From Octopus vulgaris (Eukaryota), in the NCBI GenBank assembly GCA_951406725.2, contig OX597821.1:114886001-114950000 (forward strand): a DNA stretch of 64,000 bases. The letters run 5' to 3'. Positions within the stretch are counted from its first letter, which is position 1. Each line of letters opens with the position of its first letter. Below are positions 12,338 to 26,129 of this stretch, in pieces. The position numbers and the translations under genes are program-made. The notes beneath the pieces were generated by a model. The model was not told where the DNA came from, did no database searches, and saw only the letters and a program-made list of their open reading frames with translations.

Positions 12338-12551
12338 TACTCTTTACCCTTTTACTTGTTTCAGTCATTTGACTGTGGTCATGCTGGAGCACCGCCTATA
12401 GTCAAGCAAATCGCCCCCAGGGCTTATTCTTTGTAAGCCTAGTACTTATTCTATCAGTCTCTTTTGCCGAACCGTTAAGTTACGGGGACGTAAACACACC
12501 AACATCGGTTGTCAAGCGATGTTGGGGGGACAAACACAGACACACAAACAT

Positions 12552-12582
<31 letters not shown>

Positions 12583-12755
12583 AACATATATACAATGGGC
12601 TTCTTTCAGTTTCCATCCACCAAATCCACTCACAAGGCTTTGGTCAGCCCGAGGCTATAGTAGAAGACACTTGCCCAAGGTACCACGCAGTGGGACTGAA
12701 TCCGGAACCATGTGGTTGGTAAGCAAGCTACTTACCACACAGCCACTCCTACACC
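12338..12755 (-). mobile_element. Family-A SINE, full length
   Basis: Highly similar to 44905-45370 along its length. Confidence 0.85.
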
Positions 12756-15700
12756 TGGCTACTATTTGGCTACTATTTCACAAGCATCCACATAAGATGT
12801 TCTTCATAGGCTCAACGTTTAGGAAATTTAAACCTACAGTAACCAACGAGGAACAAGTAGACCAGCATTGCCAACACTCTGACCAACACTATTTTAAAAA
12901 CTTTAAAAAGCAAGAGCCACCATCAACGAAATTATTTCATCCTGAAAATAAGCCTGAGGCGGTCTTAAAATTGTTGATGAACCAAGCAAAGTTACTTTTC
13001 TAAACTAAAACTTTAAAAGACCAATAAAGAAATATGAGAAATCTTTAATAAATGTTAAAACTGTTACAATAGAAATAATTATGTGGTGAAGTAAAGATAA
13101 TATTTGTCTATGATTAACGTTATTTTAATTATTACAGCAAATACAGGAGACAATTGCGGATATAGTTTGGTCTTATTATGGCTTCATCACATCACAACAT
13201 ACATTGGTTAATGCATAAAAACAGAATTATTTAATGAATAAATGAGACACTATATGCAGAATAGTTTAATTAGAGTTAACATATTTAGTGCTGAGAGCTT
13301 TAAAAAATTAATTACAAATAATTATGTGCTGAGGGAAAGAACAGTATTTGTCAATGACTAAGATTATTTTAAATACCACATTTACTCACGTATAAGTTGC
13401 ATGCATGTATAAAATGTATCCCTAATTTAGTGTTTGATCTTGAACAAAATCTTTTATTCTTCATAATTTTAGCTTTGCTCTATGTATAAATTGTACTCCT
13501 TTTTTCCAGTTAAATTCAAGTATAAAATAAAGTGATTTACACACAAGTAAAAGTGGTAATTTAGTGAGTATGTGAAACAACTCTGAGCATATTTGGGTGT
13601 TATTTCAACTCCAGTAGTAAAGCAGAAACTTCACAATACTGGCAAAGATATACAGTTTGTTGGACAGTTTTACAATCCACACCATTCAAAGATTACACAC
13701 ACACAAAAAAAAAAAAAAGAACAATGGATTAACACACTGTCTGAGATGAGAAATTATTCTTTACAATGAGATGTAATTACCATTCTTTACATAATTCTAC
13801 CTAGAAAATAAACAGGTTGAGTTTAGAGAATAGCATTTTTCATCTAATGAATTTACAAATAATGAAGTCAATATTCACGATAATACCATATAATATACTT
13901 TTGAAAAACATTAATTTACAAAAAAATATTAATTTGTAAAACAATAACTAGGTTCGAAATGGCTTTCGTAATATGTTTAATTAATGTTACACAAACAATG
14001 CTTTGCTATTAGTTAAGTAATTTTCATAAATGAAGCATTCCACCAAATTCACACAGACACACTCTCAAGGCATTTTTTGTTTGATAAATTAATATAAATT
14101 AACATTTTTGTTTTAAACTAATTTAAGAAGAAAAAAGCAACAGCTGTAGTGTTCAAATAATATACAAGATGACTCTGGGTTTATACCAGTTCTGAAAGTC
14201 TCCCTTATAATCTCTCTCCAATAAATCTCAATAATCTACAAAGAACACAACATCACAGCCAGCAAGCAGACCAGCTCCACTGTGTGGTTAAGAAGTTCAC
14301 TTTCCAACCACATGAATTCAGGTTCAGTCTCACTCCAAAACATCTTCAGCATCTGTCTTCTGCTACAGCCCCAGGCTGGCCAAAACATTGTGAGTAGATT
14401 TGGTAGATGGAAAGCAAAAGAGACCCATTGTGTGTGTATGTGTGTTATATAAGTCCACTCTGCTGGGTGGTTGGTGTTAGGCAGGGCATCCAGCTGTAAA
14501 AATCCTGCCAAAACAGTCACAGAAGCCTGGTGCAGACTTCTGCCTGGCCAGCTCTTGTGAAACTATCCCACCCATGCCAACATAGAAGGCAGACGTTAAA
14601 CGATGAGGATGATATGTATGTGTGTGTGTGTGTGTGTGAATGTCTCTTCCTTGATATTGCATGACAGTTGTAAACGAGTGTCACCATCATACAAGCGGTG
14701 TCCTTCATTGCCAATCAATCTCTCACAAAAACATGTCCAGCCATTGGGAAACTAGTGAGGGTTGGTGATAAGAAGGGCATCTGGCTACAGAATATCTGCC
14801 TCAGCAAATTCTGTCCAACTCAACTGAGCATGAGAAAGTAGACATTAAAACAATGATGACGATGAAAGACCACCGGGACATGCAAGGATGAGTGAGAAGA
14901 TGGCAGTGAAATGCAGGCACAGGTGTGAACGTGCACAAAATTTCCTCTAGCCTATTACACCTGTTAATTAAGATTGGAGACATCAAAAGAGCCTTTACTC
15001 GCAGTCACTGAGAAATGTTGCTATGCTATTGCATTCAAAAGACACACTTTGTTGCTGAAGTAAACTCCAAGCCACACAGTCCCTGCCACTGGAAGCTGAA
15101 TCACTCCCAAACATCTACATCATGGAACATTTCTACAACTTTCTAACAACATCATTCTTCCTCGCACTCAGTGTATACAAATTTTTTAAAATATTACACA
15201 TCCAAAAATAACTGCAGCACCAATAACCTCATTACTTGTTAATGCTGTGTACTCCATATGATAAACGCTTGCTTGTCTAAGAGCAAAGTATGGTTCTCAA
15301 ATAGATAGAGATCTGATCTACCCATGAGTATATCATATCTAGTCATTCAACTGATGACCTACATACCATAGTCCTTCTCAATCACCAAGGCTAAACAACA
15401 AGCAATGAAATAAACATGTCATGAAAGTAAACCAAAGTGGAGTCAACATCAACTATATCCCCATTCATCCATATTCCTCACACGACCAGTTTTGTGACAA
15501 TATACCATATCTGATAGTTGCACTTCCCCACAAAAAAGTCTTTAAAAATATCCCATGTCCTACATGCAATGTTGGAGCCTATATTACATGCTTTAGGCCG
15601 TTAGCATTTAAACTGGCCATATCAGGCCCAAAGATGCTATCTGTATTATGTTCAAAACTGGACTGATCCAACCTCTCATACCTACCCTACAATGTCATTT

Positions 15701-16264
15701 TAAAAATAAACAAATCATCAATATCTCAAAGCTATGAGATAATGCATGATAATTTTTTTTTTTTTTATGTGAATAAATAAGTCTTATATTTAACAGAGTA
15801 AAAATTAAAGGTCAATGTACTAAAAACTTTGCTTCTTAAATATGCGTTGCTGGAATTGGGGTTTGTCTAATATGTCCATGCATCTTTTATGCAAATACAA
15901 AACTAAAATCCTATATGTATCACTTACTAAACTCATTTCTGTTTTAAAAGGTACTTAATTTTATTAGCTGTCACTGGAAGGATGAATGGTAAAGTCAGTT
16001 TTGAAAAGGTATTTAGTACCATCTTTTTACCAGCATACTGGAAATGATTTTTCAAATTCCACTGAGGAATAAACAGTCTTCCTTTTTATCCCAATTCAGC
16101 TTGCCCTGACATTATTATTAGAACTGGTTTTCAGAGACAGTGAAACAACCAGAGCCAACAATATGTAAATTTAAACATTTACATCCAGCCTCCACTGAAT
16201 ATTATTAGAATAGTTTCGGTGGGAACATTACAACTGAATAATGAGGAGCAGAGAGGATTCTTAA

Positions 16265-16485
16265 CCCTTTAGCATTCAGACAACTCTGTCAAATGGAATG
16301 CTTATTTATTCACATTGTTTTGAAATGAATCATGAATTATCTTGCAGCTTTGAGATTTTGATAATGGAATGGTATACTTTTAGAACAGCATTGTAGGGTA
16401 AGTGTGAGAGGTCAGATCTAGACAGTTGGAACATAAAACAAGTAGAATACTTCAGCTGGACATGGCTGGCTTAAATGCTAAAGGA
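16265..16485. mobile_element. piggyBac-like MITE
   Basis: TTAA|CCCTTTAGCATT ... AATGCTAAAGGA|TTAA. Related sequence at 15590-15815 and starting at 63961. Confidence 0.72.
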
Positions 16486-19400
16486 TTAAAATGTTTTACC
16501 AAAGAAATAATGCAAGATTCTTTAAATATAAAAGCATTAAAGATAAGAGGTGGGACAGGGTAGTTATAAATATAAAAACAACTGAAAAGACACCAGTTTG
16601 TATCAAATATGAAATAATTGTTAGAAAAATCTGTGTCTAAATAACTGATTCATTTCTATTAAATTGGTAAAACAATGCATGATTGTGAGTCATAGTAGAA
16701 CTCATGTGAGCTTCTGGAAATGGTAACAAAAGCCTCATATTTAATTCAACAATGGAAAATAGTCAACTGCATATAATATTAGTGAAAGGAAAGCATTAAA
16801 GCATTTTACCAGATGCATTCTGAAATAAATATAGGCCAATATTCTTAAATGAAGATGACCTAAAAACTATATTTGTGAATCTTTGGCTATTAGGACACAA
16901 ACATGTTTTAATTGTTTTATTTGCTTTATTTTATTGTTTTAACGAAAAGCAAGGAGCAGGCAGAATCATTAGCAATGCCCAGAGTTCAAATTTTAATGAG
17001 ATCAACTTTGCCTTTCCTCCTTTTCGGGTCAATAAAATAAAATATTAGTTGAATAATAGGGTCAATGTAATCGACTGGCCCCTTCTCCCACCACTTCAGA
17101 CCTTATGCCTACAGTAGAAAAAATTGTTTTAAAGAAAAATTTTATTAGAATTAAATGTTCAAATTGAAGAATCTCATTAATTCTAAAGAAAATGACTAGC
17201 ATTTTTTTAAAGAACCTCAATTTAACTTTGAAAATCACAATGAGAAAACTGAAGCTGAAAACCTGAGACTGTAATCTACCAAAAAACCCAAAATTTCAGA
17301 AGTCAAAATCTTTTTGAATAAGAGATTAAGAATATTCAACACATAAGTTTAATGCCCCAGCATGACCGCAGCTTTTGAGGTGAAACTGGTTAAAGAGAAC
17401 CCCCCACAACTAACCACACTCCAGGGTCTTTTTCTATCCCCCCACTCACTTCTACTCACCTCATACCTTGAAGGGCCACCCACAAACCTTATCACCACTA
17501 TTTTATCTCTTTCCAGCTCCAATGGATCATTCAAACCCTAGCTTCTCTAGGGTAAGAAACTTGTTCAAGCCCATCTCTCGTACTTCAACTCCTCATCTAC
17601 TCACATACAGCTGCTCCCTACCTTCTCTACCTTTGGGGTTTGTAGTCCTTAGCAATTTCACTAGTGCCAGAGCTGCAAAAAGCACCCTGTACATATTGTA
17701 AGGTGGTTCAGGTTGGTGTTAAGATAATCCAGCCATAGAAACCATGTCAAAGCAGACATTGGAGTACAATGCAGTCTTTGGGTCCATCAGATCCTGTCAA
17801 ACCCTCCAACCCATGCCAGCATGGAAAGCAGACATTAAATGATGATGATGAAGAATCACAGCAAAATAATTTACAAGCTGCTAAAACCTAAAAGAAGTAA
17901 AAACAGCAGAGTTTGCAAAAATCACTAACTACATACTTTCAAGACACAAGAAGGTGGGGACAAGGGAGAGTAATGGACAAAGAATTAGGAATGGTGGGCG
18001 GATGAGTTTGTAGGAGTCTGAGAGGAGAATGAGAAACGATTAGAGAAGGGTTTGGAGGTGAATACAATGGATGAGTAACAAGGGTGGTGGTGTAGCTGAA
18101 GGTATATACATATATATATCATTATGGAGGGGGTGAAGATGTAAAGAAATAGGAGTGGGTCGGGATGGTGGAGGTGGGAAGTGGCAGCACAGGAAGGGTG
18201 GAGAACAACAGGATAAGAGTTATACACTAGTTAATTACCATATTTGATGGCAGAAATCCTGCAAGGGCGTATTAGATGCACCTCAATTTCAGCAGCACAT
18301 CATCATCATCATTTAACGTCCGTTTTCTAATACTGGCATGGGCTGGACAGTTTGACAGGCCTTGGCAAGCTGGAGAGCTGCACCAGGCCCCAATTGTCCA
18401 TTTTTGTTGGATTCCCTTCCTAATGCCAACCGCTTTACAAAGTGTACTGAGTGCTTTTTACACGAAACCAGCACAAGTGAATTTTTCACATTAAAGCACG
18501 TAATATATGCTCAATTTTGCACATGGGACCTAGGGTGATTTTTCTTTTTTTGCGATATTGTTTTGGAAAAATAAAGAGCATCTTATATGACATTAAAATA
18601 TAGTAAAATACACTTATAAGTGTGTGTGTATAAGGTGCGGATATAAGGGTTTTCTTGTGGGGTGGGGTATATATTTCAAACATTAACAATAATTTTTCAT
18701 GGCTTCAAAATACTACCATATCAATTTTACCTTCAAACAATCCTTTTCTTCACTGTGTGTGTGCTTATGTCATAACATATATGGGAAGTTTCTTAAGACT
18801 TAATTTGAAGAACACAAAAGACAACTTCAAACCCCATGTTGCTATAAACAATGGCGGATAAGAACAAGGACAGTGATTATCATTCCATCCAAACATTGAT
18901 TTTTTCCCATTGACAAAAGCCCCAGCTAATTACATTTTCTCCAGGAAACTCCACCGGCTGATTTAAAAATGCAATACATACGAGTGAACAGCATTCCCAC
19001 TCTATGGTTTCCACTCTTATCCTTATATTCCACAATGTTAATGCCTATTATTACTTTATACAGTCATCATGGCATTTTTATCATAACTATCCTTCCCTCA
19101 AGTCCTAAACATATGTTCGTTTTGCCTTCAATTCTCACTACTCTAGCTTCTATCTATGTCCTTCCTTTCCATCCTCCTCTCCGTCTATCAGTCCACATTC
19201 TCCTGTCAGCTCTCAGCACATTACTCTATCTTTAACATCTAAGCTATGCACAGTTTCTCTCTGTTAATCACACATACTCTGAACATTGATCATCATCCGG
19301 TTGATCTCAAAGAAATAGAGAAATATATTAAATCTCATTCTCTGATACGTCTCAGAATGGAATTATTACTAACCTGGCATCATTTTAGCTCTTCACAGAA

Positions 19401-19607
19401 TGAAGTTTATGTTTAACTCAGCTGTTTTACAGTTTACAAACATGCTACATTCATAAACAGGACATCAACAGCAGGTATAACTTCCTTTGAACAGAATTAC
19501 AATACAAATGCATGCTTACATGGATTAAAAAATATATATACACACCTCTGTCTGTCTGTCTCTCTCACGCACACCTACACACGTGTGTGTATGTATGTGT
19601 GAGTATG

Positions 19608-20005
19608 CATAGGCATAGCTGTATAATAAGAAGTTTGCTTCACAACCACATGGTTCCAGGTTCAGTCTCATTGCATGGCACCTTGGGCAAGTGTCTTCTC
19701 ACAACTTCAAGCCAACCAAAGCCTTGCAATTGGATTTGGTAGATGGAAACTGAAAGAAGCTTGTGTGTGTGTGTGTGTATACACATACAAATGTGTGTAT
19801 GTGTGTCACTGTGTTTGTCCTCCTCCACCACCACATGGCAACCGGTGTTGGTTTCTTTATGTCCCTGTACCATAGCAATTTGGGCAAGAGAGACAGATAG
19901 AATAAGTACCAGGTGGAAAAATAAGTAATGGTGGTGATTTACTCAATTAAACCCTGCAAGGTGGTGCTCAGCATGCCTGCAGTCTAATCACTGAAACAAG
20001 ATAGA
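19608..20005 (+). mobile_element. Family-A SINE
   Basis: Head, body, internal (GT)n and tail recognisable. Confidence 0.78.
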
Positions 20006-21477
20006 TAAGGTTTTTATATATCTATACATATATATGTATTATAATGGGGGCCAGTCTATGGGGTTACACTGGGTTTTTCACTCCTAAGGGATTTTTAGCC
20101 TTACAGCGTATCTTCAGAAGACCTCTATATTGGAAAAGTGGATGCTAAAAGTGGATGCTAAAAAATGTTACTGAGGCATTGTTTTTTACAGCTGGATGTC
20201 CTTCCTAATGCTAATTCCTACTTGTTTTCTTGTTTTACAAGTAAAATATATTTCATTCTACTCACCTCTCAAGGACCAGAGCTAGCAGACAATTCATTGA
20301 CTGGGAATTATCAACAAACATTCACGTGAAACACAGTATGTAAACACTCATGCAAACATACATCTGCACGTGCACACACACACACAAACACACACACACT
20401 GGAAGCCTTGTGTTGTAATGACTTGAGACAAAGCAGTTTGACTGATAATAATAATATCCAGATGATAACATTAAATAAACGGTGTAAACCCATTAATGTA
20501 ATTCATAACTGGTAGATAACATTGTCAGTGATTACAATAAGCAGATTCCACTGTACTATCATCATCATGCTTGCATCTGCTGCCCATGCAGGCTTGAGTA
20601 AGGTAGTTTGATAGGGTCCAACAGGTTGGAAACTAAATCTTGCCCTAGTGTCTCAGTTTTAGTTTGGTTTCTGTTGCTGGATGCCCTTTCTAATACCAAC
20701 CATATTACAGAGTGTAGAGGGCGCATGTTTTTGTGGCACCAGCCCCTTTGAGATTATATTGTCTTTAGCAAACCTTGTGTTGTCTCTGTTCACTTTAGCA
20801 ACCACAGCACAAAGTGTACAGGGTGCTTGTTTCATATCACCAGTACTAAAGAGATTACTGTATTGAATGTATGTACACACACAATATATATATATATATA
20901 TTTTAACTAATTTATCCATTACCCATCTCGCCTCTCGTGTATTCATCAACCATCGTGTATTCGCGCCTTCTTCCTCCGGACAATCTTTATTTTAAAAAAA
21001 ACGCAGCCCCAAACTTCTGCTCTTTCGTTCATTCATTCATCTAACAGATAAGTTGAATGCTTATTTATTATTTCACTTCCCCATCAATCATACATGCTTT
21101 CTTATCTATCTAACTATTTTTAACTAATTTCTATATCTATCTAATTATTTTAACTAATTTATCCATTACCCATCTCGCCTCTCGTGTATTCATCAACCAT
21201 TGTGTATTCACGGTGCACCCGCCCTGCCCACCCCCACCACCAATACTGGATATCTCTATATTTTTGCTCCATCCATACCGGATGTCGCTTCTCCCACCAC
21301 CATAATAGGTGTCTACTCTTCGAACCCCCCCTCTTCAATACGCTATTTCACCATGCATTACCCCTCTCTTGATATCCTACGTTCTACTTGCCTAGAACCT
21401 GTCATCATTTCTCTGAACCACCCCTCCCCACTGGTGCTCCCCTATATTTCTGCACCCCACCACATAAAAAAAAAAAA

Positions 21478-21715
21478 GCACCATCCGAACGTGGCCGATG
21501 CCAGACCCCTCTGGCACCTGTGCAGGTGGCACGTAAAAAACACCCACTACACTCGCGGAGTGGTTGGCGTTAGGAAGGGCATCCAGCTGTAGAAACTCTG
21601 CCAGACTAGACTGGAGCCTGGGGCAGTCCCTTGCTCCCCAGACCCCGGTCGAAACCGTCCAACCCGTGCTAGCGCGGAAAACGGACGTTAAACGATGATG
21701 ATGATGATGATGATG
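21478..21715 (+). mobile_element. Family-C SINE (RTE-like 3' tail ending in (GAT)n), young copy
   Basis: CACCCACTACACTC..GAGTGGTTGGCGTTAGGAAGGGCATCCAGCTGTAGAAAC...CCGTCCAACCC..GGACGTTAAACGATGATGATG; about 20 copies or fragments in the window. Confidence 0.82.
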
Positions 21716-22233
21716 ATATATATGGATGTGTGTATGCATTTGTATGTGTATATATAAATATATATGTATATGTGTATACAGGTGAGTGTGTGTGTATATA
21801 TATATGTGTGTGTATAAGAAATAAAGATAAGGGGTCAAAGAACCCGATTTCTATTAAAACAACTTCACCATGACAATTATCATTATTAATGCTGCTAGTT
21901 ATTCAACGGCTACAACCACTCCTAAGAAAACAAGTCTTGGCCACACTATTCAATTTACAAAGACATTAGTAATTTGTGGTCAGAGTCAGTTGAACTTGTC
22001 ATGCTATCAGAACCAAAGGATATTATCAGGTGTTCTTGCAGGAAAGTAAACTATGAATATTAATCTTAATTTTAATTTAATTTTTTTAATAGTTCTTTTC
22101 TCTTTACATATCCCATTTTGTACATATTTTTGGTAAGGTTTTTCAAAAACCGAAACATGTAATGGAAAATTAAAATGTACCCAATTTTAAGAAAGTAACA
22201 TTTTCGTTCTTGTTTTCCATATATATATATATA

Positions 22234-22632
22234 CTAGCAGTATCGCCCGGCGTTGCTCGGGTTTGTAAGGGAAATAATTATATAAGCATTTTTACAGAGT
22301 TATAGCCAAAAAATAGCAAAAAAAATGCATTAAAAATGGAAAAAAAATGATGGTAATTTTTTTTTTAAATCGTTGACTCATCGTAGACATTTTTAGAGAG
22401 TTACTTCCCTTATATAATAGCAAAAAAATGCATTAAAATGGAGAAAAATGATGGTAAATTACTTTTAAAAATCGTAGACTCATCGTAGATGCGTGCTAAT
22501 ACCCAGAAGGGCTCGATATGAATCACGACTATAAGATACCCGGTTTTGGTTAAACTGCACTGCAAAATGTGGGAGTAGTTAGGAATCTAAATCGTAGGAG
22601 ACAGACACACAACTTGACTTTTATATATAAAA
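22234..22632 (-). mobile_element. Non-autonomous Helitron
   Basis: Minus 3' end CCCGAGCAACGCCGGG hairpin followed by GCTAG-T, 5' end T.TATATAAAAG; inserted in (TA)n; internal about 95-bp tandem duplication. Confidence 0.8.
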
Positions 22633-23751
22633 ATATATACCTACAGACATGTATAAAATCTAGTACAACCTGTTACAACCCACAGCTAAATGCTGCTGAT
22701 AATCCGGTACAACCTGTTACATGGTTAAACTATCTGCAATTAAACCAGAGCCATCCCTGACCAGTCTAGCCTGGTGAGGATTGTTATTTGAAATCCAGAA
22801 CTAAAACAAGACTTATCAAAGGATGGGTGAACCGAACATGAGGTCAACGACTATCTAGGAAAGTAAACACCATCATCATCATGGTTTAACATCCTCCTTC
22901 CATGTTGGCATGGATTAGGCGGTTTGACAGAAGCTTGCCAAGTAGAAACCTGCACCATACCTCTGTGGTTTTTTTACGGTTGGATGCCCTTCCTAGTCCC
23001 AACCACTCCACAGAGGATTTAGAAATACTGGAGATGGTGAATGAGTGAGCTACAAGTCCACTAAGTGATGGATTGAGTTGCACTCTTTAGCTATGGTTGA
23101 GGTAGCTTGTTTAGGAGAAGGTTGCCTAAATAAAAATTTGGTAATACTCAACATAATGTGACCATTGTTTTGTTTAAGTGATTCTACACATAACCAAGTA
23201 AGGAATGGTAGTGTTTTGCAAGCCATATCTTCCTTTTATTACAAATATTCATGCACTGATGTTGCTTGTTGCTTTGAACTGTCTTAAAATTACCAGATGG
23301 CTTGTGGGAAGCAGATTTTCCTATCACCATCATCATTTAACATCCACTTCTCTGTGCTTGCATAGGTTAGACAGATTTTGCTAAGGTAGATTTTCTATGG
23401 ATGGATGCCTTCCTTGTTTCCAACACTCACCTGTTTCCAAGCAAGGTAATATTTCCCCGATGGAAAACTGGAAACAAACAAACAACATTTGTATAACAGT
23501 GATACTCAATTATAATCATCGTTTAATGTCAAGGCAAGGATACAAACACATAGACACACATAACAAGGCTTCTAGTTTCTGTCTGTCAAATCCATTAACA
23601 AGGCTTGTTTGGCCTAGGGCTATTGTACAAGAGATTTTCCCTAAGTGATGCACTCTTTAACTGGGGGATTCAGTTTGGGAGTATACATGGTCAACAATAA
23701 TCTTAAAACATGAAAAACTATCAACTTTTTGAAATGTATAGTTCCCAAAAT

Positions 23752-24255
23752 AATTTACATCTTTTACATTTGATGGATATTTGTCCTCATCTTGTTTGTT
23801 CTTAACACAATGTTTTGGCTGATATACCCTCCAGCCTTCATCAGGTGTCTTGGGGAAATTTCGGACCTGGGTTCTCATTCCTATGGTATTTTTCAATGTT
23901 GTTGTTATTATTATTTAGGTCACTGCCTGGAATCGAACTCAGAATCTTGGGGTTAGTAGCCTGCGCTCTTAACCATTATGCCATATGCCCGCGCTCTTAA
24001 CCACTACGCCATATAGAGTAGTGGTTAAGAGATTCTGAGTTCGATTCCAGGCAGTGACCTGAATAATAATAATAATAGCATCAGAAAAATACCTAAGGAA
24101 TGAGAAGCCAGGTTCAAAATTTCCCCAAGACACCTGATGAAGGCTGGAGGGTATATCAGCCAAAACATTGTGTTAAAAACAAACAAGATGAGGACAAATA
24201 TCTGTCAAATGTAAATAATGTACATAATTCCTCATCTCTTAAATATAGAACTGTA
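23752..24255. mobile_element. Head-to-head inverted pair of tRNA-headed hammerhead SINE-like elements (minus 23752-23995, plus about 24015-24255)
   Basis: Both arms carry a B box (GAGTTCGATTCC), (AAT)n and the hammerhead module with the same CCAAAACATT variant; the junction contains a duplicated head fragment. Confidence 0.8.
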
Positions 24256-24479
24256 TTCCCAAAATAATGTAAATGGCAAAAAAAAGCCTACAAGACTTAA
24301 GCTTGCAGGTGTGACTCAGTAAGAGTTCCAAAGAAAGGCAGCTGGGTTCATGTTTTTATTAGATGACTACCAGAAGCATGTCTCTGATTTTCTGGTTGGT
24401 TTTTAGAATTTAAGAACCTTGATTGATAACGAAGTGTCATGGTTCAATAGCCATCCTTCCCAAATCTTAACCAGGTTTT

Positions 24480-25050
24480 ACTTTGGATAAGGAACAAATG
24501 ACATATTTTGCACATGTTGAACAGAGACTTGACCTCTGTATTGCTCCACTGACCTCACTAAAGCCTTTGCATCAGTAAACCTTGACATGTGCTGGCAATT
24601 CTCAGGAAAGTTGGTTGTCCTGACAAATCCACAAATATCATTAAGTCCTTTTCCTGATGATATTAGGGTTAGGATTATAATCAGTGGAGAATGGTCAAAT
24701 CCATTTTTAATATCTGATGGTGTAAGACAGGGTGGTATAACTACTCTGACTATTTACTGTATATTGCACAATGGGTTTTCTTTTAATCACTGAGAATATT
24801 AATAAAACACCACTACACAACTGATTAGTTATTCATTAAAAAAGGATTAATTCTAAATCACACTTTTGTACCTCTGATACGAGACTTTTGAACACTGATG
24901 ACAGCAATATTGTCGCACATAATGAAAGAAATTCTCAAACTCTATGGATAAAAATTCAGTGACATGTAACATGTTGGGCCTCGCAAAAAATCTCGATAAA
25001 ATTGGTGTGCTTTATCAGCCCTGCCCTGGAAAGCTTAATGTGATAAAAAT
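24480..25050 (+). mobile_element. Highly decayed RT fragment (RTE-like)
   Basis: DLTKAFASV and ISDGVRQGG peptides correspond to RT motifs A and B. Confidence 0.6.
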
Positions 25051-26129
25051 TTATAAACTCTGTTTTTAATTGTATCTTGGCAGCATGTTTAACAGGGATG
25101 CAAGTAGAATTTATGGATAACGTCATCATCATTTTCATGTCTGTATAGGTTGGATAGTTTGACAGGATCCAATGGGCCCAAGGACTGCACTGTGCTCCAA
25201 TACCTGCTTTGGCATGGTCTTCTAGGGCTGGATCCCATTCCTAATGCCAACCACTTTACTACATGTACTGGGTGCTTTTTCTTGGCACCAGCACTAGTGA
25301 AGTTGCCAAACAGCTCACAAGACTGAAACTCACAGTGGTGGGGGTAGCTTTATGCTAGAAAATGAAAGGTTCTAGTATATGGGAAGAGGTGGTCAGGAAA
25401 GCAAGTTCTTGTTGTAGAGGAGCAACACAGCCACTCACATTTAGGACAGAGGGTGGGCATACTCACTAAGAGCTGCAATGAGATAAATATGAATAATGGT
25501 GATGAAGTATCCAGGTAATTCTGTGCCTGATCAATAAGTGATTTGGTAGTAGAATAATGTAGATAGGATTATAAAAGACGAGAGATAAGTTTAGACATAC
25601 TGGAAGAAAGGGGTTAGCAAAGAATAATATCAAATAGCCAGAAAGGAAGCTAGACAACTTACTAAGGGGAAAGGCAGAAAGAAAGAAGTTTGCACATGTT
25701 CTGGGGTTTGGGGTGTTCAAAACAGGGAGACAGTGTACTAGAGAGAGAATTGAAAAGGCATCAGAGAGAAGCATTTAAGGGGGTGACAATGGCACACTTA
25801 CTTTCACTGACTCTGTAAAGAACAAAACTGTAAGGGGCTACAGAATAAGGAGAATGCATGAGAGAGAGAGTTTACCTTAAGTAGACCCAACAGAGGGACT
25901 GACCATGCAAGTTGACAGTAGTAGATAGGGTGTTAGCACGCTGGGCAAAATGCTTAGTGTCATTTCGTCCGTCTTTAGGTTCAGATTTCAAATTCAACTG
26001 GGGTTGACTTCGTCTTTTATCCTTTCAGGATTGATAAAATAAGTACCAGTTGAAAACTGGGGTTGATTTAATTAACTTAGCCCGTCCACTAAACTTGCTG
26101 ACCTTTTTCCAAAATTTGAAACCAATATA

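Noticed and set aside
21392-21838. Recurrent ORFs with FLQLDALPNANH or HSQGFG peptides
   Set aside because: Translations of family-C and family-A SINEs, not proteins.
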